Assembly: GCA_002788515.1 (NCBI GenBank)
Contig: PFRJ01000094.1
Location: 2,240-48,949, forward strand
DNA length: 46,710 bases
Reading direction: 5' to 3'
DNA from: Nitrosopumilales archaeon CG_4_9_14_0_2_um_filter_34_16
GTDB lineage: Archaea; Thermoproteota; Nitrososphaeria; Nitrososphaerales; Nitrosopumilaceae
The translations under genes were made by a program, and so were the position numbers. Below the pieces are notes generated by a model that was given only the letters and a program-made list of their open reading frames with translations, had not been told where the DNA came from and made no database searches. How positions within the stretch are numbered: the stretch's first letter is position 1; each line of letters starts with the position of its first letter. Positions 18,211 to 27,665 of the stretch are shown here, in pieces.

Positions 18211-18891
18211 TTATACTATAGAATTTAGTGCATATCCTATTGAATATGCCATTATTGCCGCAATTCCACCAATAATTAGCGTAAATAAACCCGATTTGAT
18301 TTTTGATTTTTTAACAATCTTTCCCTTGATAGTTCCAACTAAGAAAAATGCTAACGCTACTAAAATTGTTGAATACATAAAGGCATCATAATTTGAATTA
18401 ATCTCGATTGTGATCAAGATCATAAAAGGAATTAATGGAATTAATCCAATGATATTGAATCCAAAAAATGTACTCAGTGAACTGTCTAATGGATTTTTGT
18501 CTCCTTCTATCAGACCTAGCTCTTCTTTCATCATCGTGTCAATCCAAACTTTTCGCTTTGAAGTAATTACTCTAACAACTTCTTCAAGTAATTCTTCTTT
18601 GAATCCCTTTTTGGCGTAAATCTCTCTTATCTCTTCTTTTTCTTGTTCTGCTAGATTATCAATTTCCCACTCTTCTTGATTTCTTTTCATTTCGATGTAC
18701 TCGTTTCTTGCCTTTGATGATTGATAATTTGCCGTAGCCATTGAAAATCCATCTGCAAATAAATTGGCAAATCCTAAGATTAGAATTATTCCTGGTGATA
18801 ATCCTGCACCCACCACTCCTGCAACTATTGCAAAAGTTGTTACAGCTCCATCAATAGAACCGTAAATAAATTCCTCAAAATGCCATTTCAT
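18211..18891 (-). CDS. VIT1/CCC1-family Fe/Mn transporter
   Basis: YGSIDGAVTTFA, ANLFADGFSM, MMKEELGL. Confidence 0.92.
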   Translation of the reverse strand: MKWHFEEFIYGSIDGAVTTFAIVAGVVGAGLSPGIILILGFANLFADGFSMATANYQSSKARNEYIEMKRNQEEWEIDNLAEQEKEEIREIYAKKGFKEELLEEVVRVITSKRKVWIDTMMKEELGLIEGDKNPLDSSLSTFFGFNIIGLIPLIPFMILITIEINSNYDAFMYSTILVALAFFLVGTIKGKIVKKSKIKSGLFTLIIGGIAAIMAYSIGYALNSIV

Positions 18892-18932
18892 TTGTTAAAT
18901 TTATTTGCAATTACTTTGATTAATTGATATGA

Positions 18933-18954
18933 ATAACTTCAATATTGAAAATCA
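18933..18954. promoter_or_regulatory. Island box
   Basis: ATAACTTCA-atat-TGAAAATCA; TTATAT 10 nt later; 39 nt before ATG 18993. Confidence 0.75.
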
Positions 18955-18992
18955 ACACTGTTTCTTATATTGAATAACATGAATCAACAACT

Positions 18993-19415
18993 ATGTCAAA
19001 AATTCAGAAAATTCTGGTACCTCTAGATGGTTCATCAAATTCAATGAGAGGATTAGATACTGCAATAGATATTGCAAAGGGTTGTGATGCTGAAATTACT
19101 GGTTTTTATGTATTTCATTTGCCTTTGGCAGCAGGAGTAAAATACACACAAAAAATGAAAGATAACGCTCAGAAAAAAGCAATAAAAGCCATAGGTCCTG
19201 CAATAAACAAAACCCAAAAAGCTGGTGCTACATTCAAGTATAAAACTGGTGGCGGTAACACTGGGTCTGAAATATCTAATTTTGCTCAAAAAGGAAAATT
19301 TGACTTGATTGTAATTGGAGCTAGAGGTTTGGGTGGAGTAAAAGAAGCCTTTCTTGGAAGCACATCAAACTATGTCATGCACAAAACTCAAGTTCCTGTA
19401 CTGATTGTAAAATAA
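18993..19415 (+). CDS. Universal stress protein
   Basis: KILVPLDGS, VIGARG, FLGSTSNYV. Confidence 0.95.
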   Translation: MSKIQKILVPLDGSSNSMRGLDTAIDIAKGCDAEITGFYVFHLPLAAGVKYTQKMKDNAQKKAIKAIGPAINKTQKAGATFKYKTGGGNTGSEISNFAQKGKFDLIVIGARGLGGVKEAFLGSTSNYVMHKTQVPVLIVK

Positions 19416-19635
19416 TTAAAATATTTTTTAAATTTTTTTCATTGACAAAACATATTTTTAATTTATTAAATTAATTTTTCATGTAACATTTAATATACTG
19501 TATGTATAATGTAGATTGATCATTGTTTTACTAAATTATTTCGGCACTTTAAGTCGGTAATATTTTATTTCAATTCAAAAATTACCTATTACAGTTTGTT
19601 TTTATCTGATGAATGGTAATACTAGTTAGTAGTAT

Positions 19636-20556
19636 ATGGTAAATTATTCAAATGAGTACGATGTCAAGTGTCAACTAGATGCTTGCAAAACTTATCCTGC
19701 AATAACTGATTCTGAACGAGGAGAAATTGTTTGTGGGGGATGCGGTCTTATCCTAGTGGACAGTATGTCTGATGTGTCTTATGAGAATAATGGTTATTCT
19801 TCAGAAGATTTTATGACTCAGGCAAGAACAGGCCCTGCAACATCGTTAACAATGTATGATAGAGGTTTGTCAACTATAATTGGAACAAATAAGGATTCAA
19901 CTGGAAAACCTCTATCCAGTAAAACAAAATATGATTTTAACCGATTACGTACATGGGATCAACGAAGTAAATCTAAGCAAACTGCTAGTTTTAGCAAGGC
20001 GTTTACTCTGATGAATGGCATGAAAACAAAGTTGGGGCTTTCAAACAATGTTGTTGAATCTGCAGCATATATTTACAGAAAAATAGTTGATGCAAAATTA
20101 ACTAGGGGAAGAACAATGGCTTCACTAATTTCAGCTTCGCTCTACGCAGCATGTAGGGAAAATAACACTCCTAGAACCTTGGATGATATCGCAGATGCTG
20201 GAAATGTGGAGAGAAGAATCCTATCTAGAGATCTGAGAACTATTGTGAAAAAACTTGGATTAACTCTTAATCAATATGATACGACTTCATTCATCTCAAA
20301 AATTTCAAATAATCTGAATTTGGGTGAAAAAACCAAACGAGATGCCTTTGAAATCCTAAAACGCTGTGAATCAGAACAGATTACTGCAGGAAAGCATCCT
20401 GTAGGACAAGCTGCTGCCTCACTGTATATCTCCTGTATCCTAAATGGTGAAAAACTCAGTCAAAAGAAATTTTCTATGGAATCTGGAGTAAGTGATGTCA
20501 CGATTCGAAATAGAGTTGCTTTGATTACAAAAACACTCAAAATTATGGATTTGTAG
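19636..20556 (+). CDS. tfb: Transcription initiation factor IIB paralogue
   Basis: Zn ribbon GEIVCGGCG, DRGLST, RLRTWD, TRGR, YAACR, GKHP, VSDVTIRNR. Confidence 0.93.
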   Translation: MVNYSNEYDVKCQLDACKTYPAITDSERGEIVCGGCGLILVDSMSDVSYENNGYSSEDFMTQARTGPATSLTMYDRGLSTIIGTNKDSTGKPLSSKTKYDFNRLRTWDQRSKSKQTASFSKAFTLMNGMKTKLGLSNNVVESAAYIYRKIVDAKLTRGRTMASLISASLYAACRENNTPRTLDDIADAGNVERRILSRDLRTIVKKLGLTLNQYDTTSFISKISNNLNLGEKTKRDAFEILKRCESEQITAGKHPVGQAAASLYISCILNGEKLSQKKFSMESGVSDVTIRNRVALITKTLKIMDL

Positions 20557-20700
20557 TTACAAACTGGAATATTTTCAACTGTAAAAACAAAACATCCTTC
20601 AGGATTCCCTATGTTGAGATAATTAATTGAACACAGAAGTGTATACACGTCAAACCAAAATTCATTGTTTGAGTTATTCCCAACTTTTTTTGAGGCTTTA

Positions 20701-20907
20701 TTATGATGGATTCATTACCGTGCCTCTTTCTTTGGTTTTTTGATCTACTAAAGCTAGTACATATTTGCCATGCTCTGCTTGACATGTGTCTATATTTGTG
20801 GAAAAACCATCCATAGTCTCTCATATGCATCCAGAATCTGTAATTGCTATGAGGGTATTTTTCATTATTGATTTTCATGTTGTATAATGACATTTCTGGT
20901 CTTTCAA
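20701..20907 (-). pseudogene. Possible degraded small gene with two in-frame TGA stops
   Basis: TTG 39 nt from an island box; reads MKDQKCHYTT*KSIMKNTLIAITDSGCI*ETMDGFSTNIDTCQAEHGKYVLALVDQKTKERGTVMNPS. Confidence 0.3.
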
Positions 20908-20945
20908 AAATTATCCTCAAATCCAAATTAATTGGGATTAAAATG

Positions 20946-20967
20946 AGATTGTCAACCTTGAAAATTA
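20946..20967. promoter_or_regulatory. Island box
   Basis: AGATTGTCA-acct-TGAAAATTA; 38 nt before ATG 21005. Confidence 0.8.
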
Positions 20968-21004
20968 TGATTCTATTAATATGATATGCCATGTATCATA
21001 ATTT

Positions 21005-21142
21005 ATGTCAAAAAGAACCAAGAAAGAATTAGAAGATGATTGGAAGAAATTTGAACAAGGTGAAATGAAAGAAGAAGATCATCAACTTGAACTCAAAGAA
21101 GGATATGAGCAAGATGAAAAATATGAAGAATCCAACGATTAA
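21005..21142 (+). CDS. Acidic microprotein (45 aa)
   Basis: MSKRTKKELEDDWKKFEQGEMKEEDHQLELKEGYEQDEKYEESND; box at canonical distance. Confidence 0.65.
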   Translation: MSKRTKKELEDDWKKFEQGEMKEEDHQLELKEGYEQDEKYEESND

Positions 21143-21325
21143 TATCCAAAAATTCTTGAAAATTTATAACAGAATCTAATTGTTCTCATTAAAAAATAAT
21201 AAATTTTTACTTCTCAAACAACTGTGATGTGATTTGTTTTCTTCAATTATCTAAGAAAAATTAAAAATTTCTTTAGAAATAATCAGTTTAGAAATTAAAT
21301 AATTATGATGGGTATTTGTAAAAAT

Positions 21326-23443
21326 TTATGCTGGTTTTGTTTTTCTGATTTCTTCTACAGAATCTTCTAGATCTTTTTGAGATATTTTGATTAATTTGAC
21401 ATCTTTTTCTTTGCTTTCAACAAATTTCTTTACCCCCAAAAGCGCTGCACGATTACATACCTCTTCAATCTCAGCTCCGCTGAATCCTTTTGCCATTTCT
21501 GATAGTATTTTTAGATTAACCTCCTCAGCAAGTGGTTTATCTTTTGTATGAATTTTGAAAATCATTTCTATTCCGGCGATATCTGGATTTGGAACTTCAA
21601 TCACTCTGTCAAATCTACCCGGTCTAAGTAATGCGGGATCTACTATGTCTAGCCTATTTGTGGCTCCAATTATTAGAACATTATGTAATTCCTCTAACCC
21701 ATCAATTTCAGTCAAAATTTGTGATACTACATTTTCTGTGACATGCGAATCAGAACTCCCACTACCTCTTCTTGGTACTAAAGCATCAATTTCATCAAAG
21801 AAAATAATACATGGGGCCGCCATTCGTGCTTTTCTAAAAATCTCTCTTACTCCTTTTTCAGATTCGCCAACCCATTTTGAGAGTAGTTCAGGACCTTTGA
21901 TGCTGATGAAATTAGATTCTGTAGTTGTTGCCACTGCTTTTGCAATCAACGTCTTTCCAGTTCCAGGTGGTCCATAAAGTAATACTCCTTTTGGAGGACT
22001 CACATGAGCGTATTCAAATGCTTCTTTGTATTTTAATGGCCACTCTATTGCTTCACGAAGTTCTTCTTTTAATTTGTCTAGACCTCCAACCTCATCCCAA
22101 CTTACATTTGGGATCTGAACTAGAACCTCTCTAAGGGCAGAAGGCCTAACTTCTTTTAGTGCATCTGTAAAATCATTACTAGTTATTTTTATTTTTTGCA
22201 ATACTTCTTTTGAAACTTTTTCTTCTTCTAAGTTAATTTCTGGTAATATTCTTCTTAAAGATCTCATTGCAGCTTCTTTACAAAGTACTTCCAAATCCGC
22301 ACCAACAAATCCATGAGTTGTCTTGGAAATTTTCTTAAGATCTACCTTTTTGTCCAATGGCATTCCACGTGTATGAATATTTAGAATTTGTAATCGTCCT
22401 TCGTCGTCAGGAATTCCTATTTCGATTTCCCTGTCAAACCTTCCGGGTCTTCTAAGAGCAGGATCAATAGAATCTGGTCTGTTAGTAGCTGCAATAACTA
22501 CAACTTTTCCTCTCGATTTCATGCCATCCATCAATGTTAGCAATTGTGACACAATTCGTTTTTCTAGTTCACCAGTAACCTCCTCTCTTTTTGGTGCAAT
22601 GGAATCTATCTCATCAATGAAAATAATGCTGGGAGCATTTTCTTCTGCCTGCTTGAAAATGTCTCTTAGTTTTTCTTCACTTTCTCCATAATGTTTGGCC
22701 ATGATTTCAGGACCGCTAAGTGAAGTAAAATTAGAATTTGTTTCTCCTGCCACTGCTTTTGCAAGTAATGTCTTTCCAGTTCCAGGTGGTCCATATAGCA
22801 ACACACCTTTTGGTGACTCTATGCCAATTTTATCAAATAATTCTGGATGTCTCATTGGTAATTCTACCATTTCACGTATCTTTTGAATTTCATTTTTTAA
22901 TCCTCCCAAATCATCATAAGTGAATCTGGGAACTGACGCGTCAATTGATTTTGTAACTGCACCTAGCTTGAATATCGTGTTTTCAGTAACGATAACTGGT
23001 TTTGATGGTTTTGTACTAGTTACAATCAATTGTATTTTACTCCCCATTTGAGTGCTAACAATTACTGTGTCTCCGGTTGTAAATACATGATCTTGATAAA
23101 GTGAAATCATGTATTCGTGTAATCCATCAGCGTGAATTTTTTCAGTAGGTGATAAAACAATTTGTTCTGCATCTGCTCCTTCGACAGGTTTTATGGACAC
23201 CTTTTCTCCAATACTTGCCCCAATATTGTATCTTGTAAGCCCATCAATACGAATAATCCCACTGTTACGATCTTCTGGAAACCCAGACCATAATTTTACA
23301 TGTGTTTTTTTGTTTGCAGATAATTCTAAAATTTGCCCTGCACGTAAATTATTGTCTTCGATAATTTGAGGATCAATGACTGCTACCCCATTACCCACGT
23401 AACTCTGTGGCATCTCTTCTATTCTTAATTCTGTATCAGACAT
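21326..23443 (-). CDS. cdc48: CDC48/VAT-family AAA+ ATPase
   Basis: Two GPPGTGKT Walker A, DEID Walker [12 protein letters not shown] motifs, N-domain. Confidence 0.97.
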   Translation of the reverse strand: MSDTELRIEEMPQSYVGNGVAVIDPQIIEDNNLRAGQILELSANKKTHVKLWSGFPEDRNSGIIRIDGLTRYNIGASIGEKVSIKPVEGADAEQIVLSPTEKIHADGLHEYMISLYQDHVFTTGDTVIVSTQMGSKIQLIVTSTKPSKPVIVTENTIFKLGAVTKSIDASVPRFTYDDLGGLKNEIQKIREMVELPMRHPELFDKIGIESPKGVLLYGPPGTGKTLLAKAVAGETNSNFTSLSGPEIMAKHYGESEEKLRDIFKQAEENAPSIIFIDEIDSIAPKREEVTGELEKRIVSQLLTLMDGMKSRGKVVVIAATNRPDSIDPALRRPGRFDREIEIGIPDDEGRLQILNIHTRGMPLDKKVDLKKISKTTHGFVGADLEVLCKEAAMRSLRRILPEINLEEEKVSKEVLQKIKITSNDFTDALKEVRPSALREVLVQIPNVSWDEVGGLDKLKEELREAIEWPLKYKEAFEYAHVSPPKGVLLYGPPGTGKTLIAKAVATTTESNFISIKGPELLSKWVGESEKGVREIFRKARMAAPCIIFFDEIDALVPRRGSGSSDSHVTENVVSQILTEIDGLEELHNVLIIGATNRLDIVDPALLRPGRFDRVIEVPNPDIAGIEMIFKIHTKDKPLAEEVNLKILSEMAKGFSGAEIEEVCNRAALLGVKKFVESKEKDVKLIKISQKDLEDSVEEIRKTKPA

Positions 23444-23504
23444 TTTTTTGAATTTTCGTGAGCATTGGTAATGTTATTCTCTATGCTGTTATAAACTGGA
23501 AAAA

Positions 23505-23526
23505 CGATTGTCACCATCGATAATCA
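23505..23526. promoter_or_regulatory. Island box
   Basis: CGATTGTCA-ccat-CGATAATCA; on the minus strand TTTATAA follows 9 nt later, upstream of cdc48. Confidence 0.8.
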
Positions 23527-23725
23527 TGATGAATTTGATAAATACCCAACACTTGTAATTGCAGTGCTTAAAAATACATTTAAAAAAATTCATGTTCCTT
23601 ACTCTCTCTTCTAATTCTATAATGGAATTCAATGAATCGATATCAATAGTAGACGTTTATCCAATATGACAGACATGACTATATTATCAATGTGTCCAAA
23701 AAATTTAGTAGGAGAATAAATACAA

Positions 23726-24382
23726 ATGAAAATAGAAAAAAAATATCAAACAGCATTAAATGATTTAATTTGTCATCTGAGAAATTCAAGATTCCTAACC
23801 GATGATCGTGTAGAAACTGCATTTAGAAATATTCCAAGGCATGTATTTGTTCCAGAATCTGAGCTAGACTGTGCATATTACAATGAACCTTTACCAATAA
23901 TGAAAAACCAGACTATCTCTCAGCCAGGTGTTGTATCTAGAATGACTGAGTGGTTGGATGTCAAAAATGGACAAAACATTCTTGAAATTGGCACTGGTTC
24001 TGGTTGGCAAAGTGCAATCCTGTCGTATTTGACAGACCAAGGAACCGTATATTCTATTGAGCGACACCCCGAACTAGTAAAATTTGCACAAGATAATCTC
24101 AAAAAATTGAAAATTAAAAACGTTCATGTAATTTTGGGTGATGGTAGTCTAGGATACTCCAAAGCTGCTCCCTATGATAGAATAATAGTTACTGCAGCTT
24201 GCACAGAAATTCCTTTGCCTTTACTTGAGCAATTAAATGAAAATGGGCTTTTACTTGCTCCTGTGGGAGATGAGTCACAATCCTTAATTTTGCTACAAAA
24301 GACTGCTAAAGGAATTGTTGAAATAAAAAACCAATCAAGCTATGTTTTTGTTCCTTTGTTGGGAAAATTCGGCAAGAAATAA
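23726..24382 (+). CDS. pcm: Protein-L-isoaspartate O-methyltransferase
   Basis: IPRHVFVP, QTISQP, LEIGTGSGW, APYDRIIVTAA, FVPL. Confidence 0.95.
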   Translation: MKIEKKYQTALNDLICHLRNSRFLTDDRVETAFRNIPRHVFVPESELDCAYYNEPLPIMKNQTISQPGVVSRMTEWLDVKNGQNILEIGTGSGWQSAILSYLTDQGTVYSIERHPELVKFAQDNLKKLKIKNVHVILGDGSLGYSKAAPYDRIIVTAACTEIPLPLLEQLNENGLLLAPVGDESQSLILLQKTAKGIVEIKNQSSYVFVPLLGKFGKK

Positions 24383-24392
24383 ACATCTAAAA

Positions 24393-24752
24393 TTATGTTG
24401 TTCTTTTGTATGTTTGATGAAATTCTGTAAATATTGTCTGTGCAATATTTTGTAGATGGATTATTTCACTGAATTGTTTTCTTCCTTTTGAAATTTCTCT
24501 CATAATGGTCATGCATTTAGTATTTTTAATGGAATTTGGCTCTTCATCATCTGTCCATATTTTCAAACAATCTTCAAAATCAAGACAAAATTTTAGAATT
24601 ATGACTTCCCAATCGTTAGTATTTGTTGGAATCCCTATGGATTCTGCTAATTCTCTAAATTCATTTTTTCTATCTCGTAATATTTGATTTAGAGCCTCAC
24701 GCACTCTTCTTTCATCATACCCATCAATTAATCCGATTCTGTCCACACCCAT
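24393..24752 (-). CDS. Hypothetical protein
   Basis: 119-aa helical ORF with upstream box and TTTTAA. Confidence 0.7.
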   Translation of the reverse strand: MGVDRIGLIDGYDERRVREALNQILRDRKNEFRELAESIGIPTNTNDWEVIILKFCLDFEDCLKIWTDDEEPNSIKNTKCMTIMREISKGRKQFSEIIHLQNIAQTIFTEFHQTYKRTT

Positions 24753-24783
24753 TTTTCTTTATTATCCGTTAAAAACAAACTCT

Positions 24784-24805
24784 GCATTTTCAAGTATGCG
24801 AATTT
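24784..24805. promoter_or_regulatory. Degenerate island box
   Basis: GCATTTTCA-agta-TGCGAATTT; 38 nt before ATG 24843; TATA-like sequences 8-9 nt away on both strands. Confidence 0.5.
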
Positions 24806-24842
24806 CACACTAGTTTAACTATGAAGGCTGTTTTTTAGAATC

Positions 24843-24965
24843 ATGAGAGATGACAATTTTTGTTCTTGTGGTTCTTGTGGGCATGAGACAATCGGTGAAT
24901 GTTACACAAAAGAGTGTTCATGTTGTCTGAGTGATCATCAGGGTGCGTTTGCAAAAAATAGATAA
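24843..24965 (+). CDS. Metallothionein-like Cys-rich microprotein (40 aa)
   Basis: MRDDNFCSCGSCGHETIGECYTKECSCCLSDHQGAFAKNR; 7 Cys, 2 His. Confidence 0.7.
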   Translation: MRDDNFCSCGSCGHETIGECYTKECSCCLSDHQGAFAKNR

Positions 24966-24980
24966 GGGTTGTAACTACAT

Positions 24981-25475
24981 ATGACCAGTTTACGAAAAAA
25001 TAATTTTAAACTTTCAAAGAATAAAGTCCAAAAAATTCTAGTACCATTAGATGGTTCAAAATTTTCAATTCGTGCTCTTAACTATGCAATAAATTTAGCA
25101 AAATTTACCCACTCCAAAATTATTGGAATTTTTGTAATTCCTAGTGATGCTTCCACTGCGCCTATTGATGTTCTTTTTGATCCGCTTTCAGCGATAAATC
25201 CTGTGGGATATGAAGCAAAAATGACTAAACTGGGACACAAAATTTTGGAACAAGCAGAAAACAGATGTATTCAAAATAAAACCCCCTTTACAAAAATCAT
25301 GTCTTCTGGAAATCCTAGTATTGTCATTGTTAAATACACTGAGAGGCAAAGAAACAACATAGGACTGATAATAATGGGTTCACGAGGGCGAGGACATGCC
25401 GGAGAAATCCTATTAGGAAGTGTTTCTTATAATGTGATTCATAAATCTAAAAAACCTATAATGATAATCAAATAA
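24981..25475 (+). CDS. Universal stress protein
   Basis: KILVPLDGS, IMGSRGR, LLGSVSYNV. Confidence 0.95.
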   Translation: MTSLRKNNFKLSKNKVQKILVPLDGSKFSIRALNYAINLAKFTHSKIIGIFVIPSDASTAPIDVLFDPLSAINPVGYEAKMTKLGHKILEQAENRCIQNKTPFTKIMSSGNPSIVIVKYTERQRNNIGLIIMGSRGRGHAGEILLGSVSYNVIHKSKKPIMIIK

Positions 25476-25499
25476 ATTGAATTTTAGTATAGAACAGAT

Positions 25500-25919
25500 A
25501 TGATAAATCCAGAATTAATGAAATTACTTGACGCAAATGATGTTTTATCCATACTCCGTGATTCGGTTGCATATCAGATACAAAAAATCCACAATGTTGA
25601 AAAAACAACTGAGGGTCAAGGTTGGTATCAAGAATTACCTAAAATAGTGATGGAAAAATTTGACAATTATAGAAAAGACTATGAACATCTTTCTAGAATA
25701 CTTGATCTAGAATACGTGCAAATTAAAAATGAAATGAACAAGGGTTACTATTACTGGAGATTACTGCATTCTGCCTGTAATACATACAGAAATGATTTGA
25801 TAGAATATGATGAACAGTTAAAACGAGAATTTAATTTTAAAAATACTGAGGCTATATCCGACAACAAAATATTAAGCGAATGTATTGGTATTTTTGATCA
25901 ACACGTAATTGAAGATTAG
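25500..25919 (+). CDS. Hypothetical protein
   Basis: 139-aa ORF downstream of the USP gene. Confidence 0.7.
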   Translation: MINPELMKLLDANDVLSILRDSVAYQIQKIHNVEKTTEGQGWYQELPKIVMEKFDNYRKDYEHLSRILDLEYVQIKNEMNKGYYYWRLLHSACNTYRNDLIEYDEQLKREFNFKNTEAISDNKILSECIGIFDQHVIED

Positions 25920-26186
25920 ATTATTCTTAGTCATTACTATGATGTCTTAACATTTTATCTTAATTGACATTCTAGTTGATTTTAATCACATGACATGTTT
26001 CCATCAAATGAAATCTTGATGTCTTTTTTATTTACCATGGGAAGATCAAATTCCAACATCCAATGATTGTCAAACTCTCTTAGACATGAAAGAGGTGAGA
26101 GAATTTTATGTTTCACATCATCAAACAATTAACTAATTACAGGCAATGTCAATCCAAATTTGAAATTCTCTTTATTTTGCATAGAA

Positions 26187-26904
26187 TCACCTGTAAATCT
26201 GTGGCATTCTCGTCTTTGATTCTTGTTGGAGCGTATGTATGGTTTCCTCCATTAAATTTCTATACTGTATTTGAAGTTTATCTATTCTGTTTTTAAATTC
26301 ATCTAGTCTATTTCTACATTTAGAATCTTTACAATTGTAACTATTGCGTTGATTGACGCTTCTGGATCTGGAAAAAACGGATGACATTCGGCATACAGAA
26401 TCAATACGGGAATAGGTGTTTTTCTAAAAATTGAAATTATTGCAGCATCTGTGTCAAAAATTGAGCCATTTAAAAATTTAGGAATTTGATTGTTGTAAAG
26501 TAGGATTTTAATATTGTATGTGTTACTAATCCATAAATTTTAGGACCATTGTTATTCTGATTGATTGTTTCCATTCTACTAACAATCACAATTTTTTTTA
26601 TTGCGTATTTTTTACAAAATTCGTGAACGACAAGTGCAAACTCTTCTATCAAATTCTGATTAAATGGTATGTCTGAAATAATTACAAAAATATTGTTCTT
26701 ACTGTATGCTCGAATTGGTGACAAAATTTCTCCCTCGTCTACAAATAGTGTCGGAGGAAGTCTAGGTATTTCAATTTCTCCAATCTGTTTCATCTTTAAA
26801 TGATAAATTAGGTATGATATTGAAAAAGTACCCACAAATCCGTTACTGGGAAACCCTACAAGTAATGGGTCCTCTTCACTTTGATTTGTGATTTTAAAGC
26901 ACAT
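26187..26904 (-). pseudogene. Proteasome assembly chaperone (PAC2 family) with two frameshifts
   Basis: VGFPSNGFVG N-terminus; continues in a second frame (GSIFDTDAAI...LYAECHPFFPDPEAS) and a third frame ending MPQIYR. Confidence 0.8.
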
Positions 26905-26937
26905 ATTCTCTCATTCTTACAGTTAAAAGAAAGTCTC

Positions 26938-26959
26938 TGATTGTCAGAAATAAAAATCA
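26938..26959. promoter_or_regulatory. Island box (divergent promoter)
   Basis: TGATTGTCA-gaaa-TAAAAATCA; 38 nt before ATG 26997. Confidence 0.8.
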
Positions 26960-26996
26960 TGATAATACTAATGTAGAGAAATTTCAAAGTAATTCT

Positions 26997-27209
26997 ATGA
27001 ATTCTGATACGCAAAAAAAGATTGACAATATATTGTATGAAACAAATGCCAAAATCTCCGCAATTGTTGATGAAATTAGAAATATTCGCTTCTCCCAAAT
27101 GGATGAAAATAAAAAACAAGAAAGGTGTGACTATTTAAGAAACGAATTTGAACGAGTCATGTTTGAAGAAGAGAAAAAAATAGAAGAGATACAAGCTAAT
27201 GAAAATTGA
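26997..27209 (+). CDS. Small helical hypothetical protein
   Basis: 70 aa, overlaps the next gene (translational coupling). Confidence 0.7.
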   Translation: MNSDTQKKIDNILYETNAKISAIVDEIRNIRFSQMDENKKQERCDYLRNEFERVMFEEEKKIEEIQANEN

Positions 27210-27615
27210 TGAAATTGATGCTGATTATGAGACAGTAAAGATTGAACATGTCGGAACAGTTAATCCTTTAACTGGTGCGATAATATTTAGAGATGAAACT
27301 GTAGAATTTTTAATGACTGGTTTTTCATCCGAAGTTGCGTTATTTATTTCTGATTTTTTAAAGGGAAAACGTGAGGAACCTCCTAGCATATATCGATTAA
27401 TTGAGCAAATTTGTGAGGAAAATGAAATACATCTAGTCAAAGTCAAAATCTATGAGAGTGAAGGAATTTTTAGAGCAAATCTGTATTTTACGGGTAAAAA
27501 AGATTTGATATTTAGAAATTTCAGGGCGTCTGACGCAATAGCTTTAGCGACATTTTATAGCATCCCAATTTTAGTAAGGAAATCACTTCTAAAACCTACA
27601 GAATCGTTTAAATAA
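27199..27615 (+). CDS. Bifunctional nuclease family (DUF151) protein
   Basis: VKIYE.EGIFRANL and RASDAIALA...IPILV. Confidence 0.85.
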   Translation: MKIDEIDADYETVKIEHVGTVNPLTGAIIFRDETVEFLMTGFSSEVALFISDFLKGKREEPPSIYRLIEQICEENEIHLVKVKIYESEGIFRANLYFTGKKDLIFRNFRASDAIALATFYSIPILVRKSLLKPTESFK

Positions 27616-27665
27616 TTTTTAAAAATCAAAGTAAAGGATTAATCTCTTATATCAAACTGTAAATC

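Noticed and set aside
20609-20992. Tracked 127-aa minus-strand ORF
   Set aside because: It runs through a promoter box and has an atypical composition; another frame is more plausible
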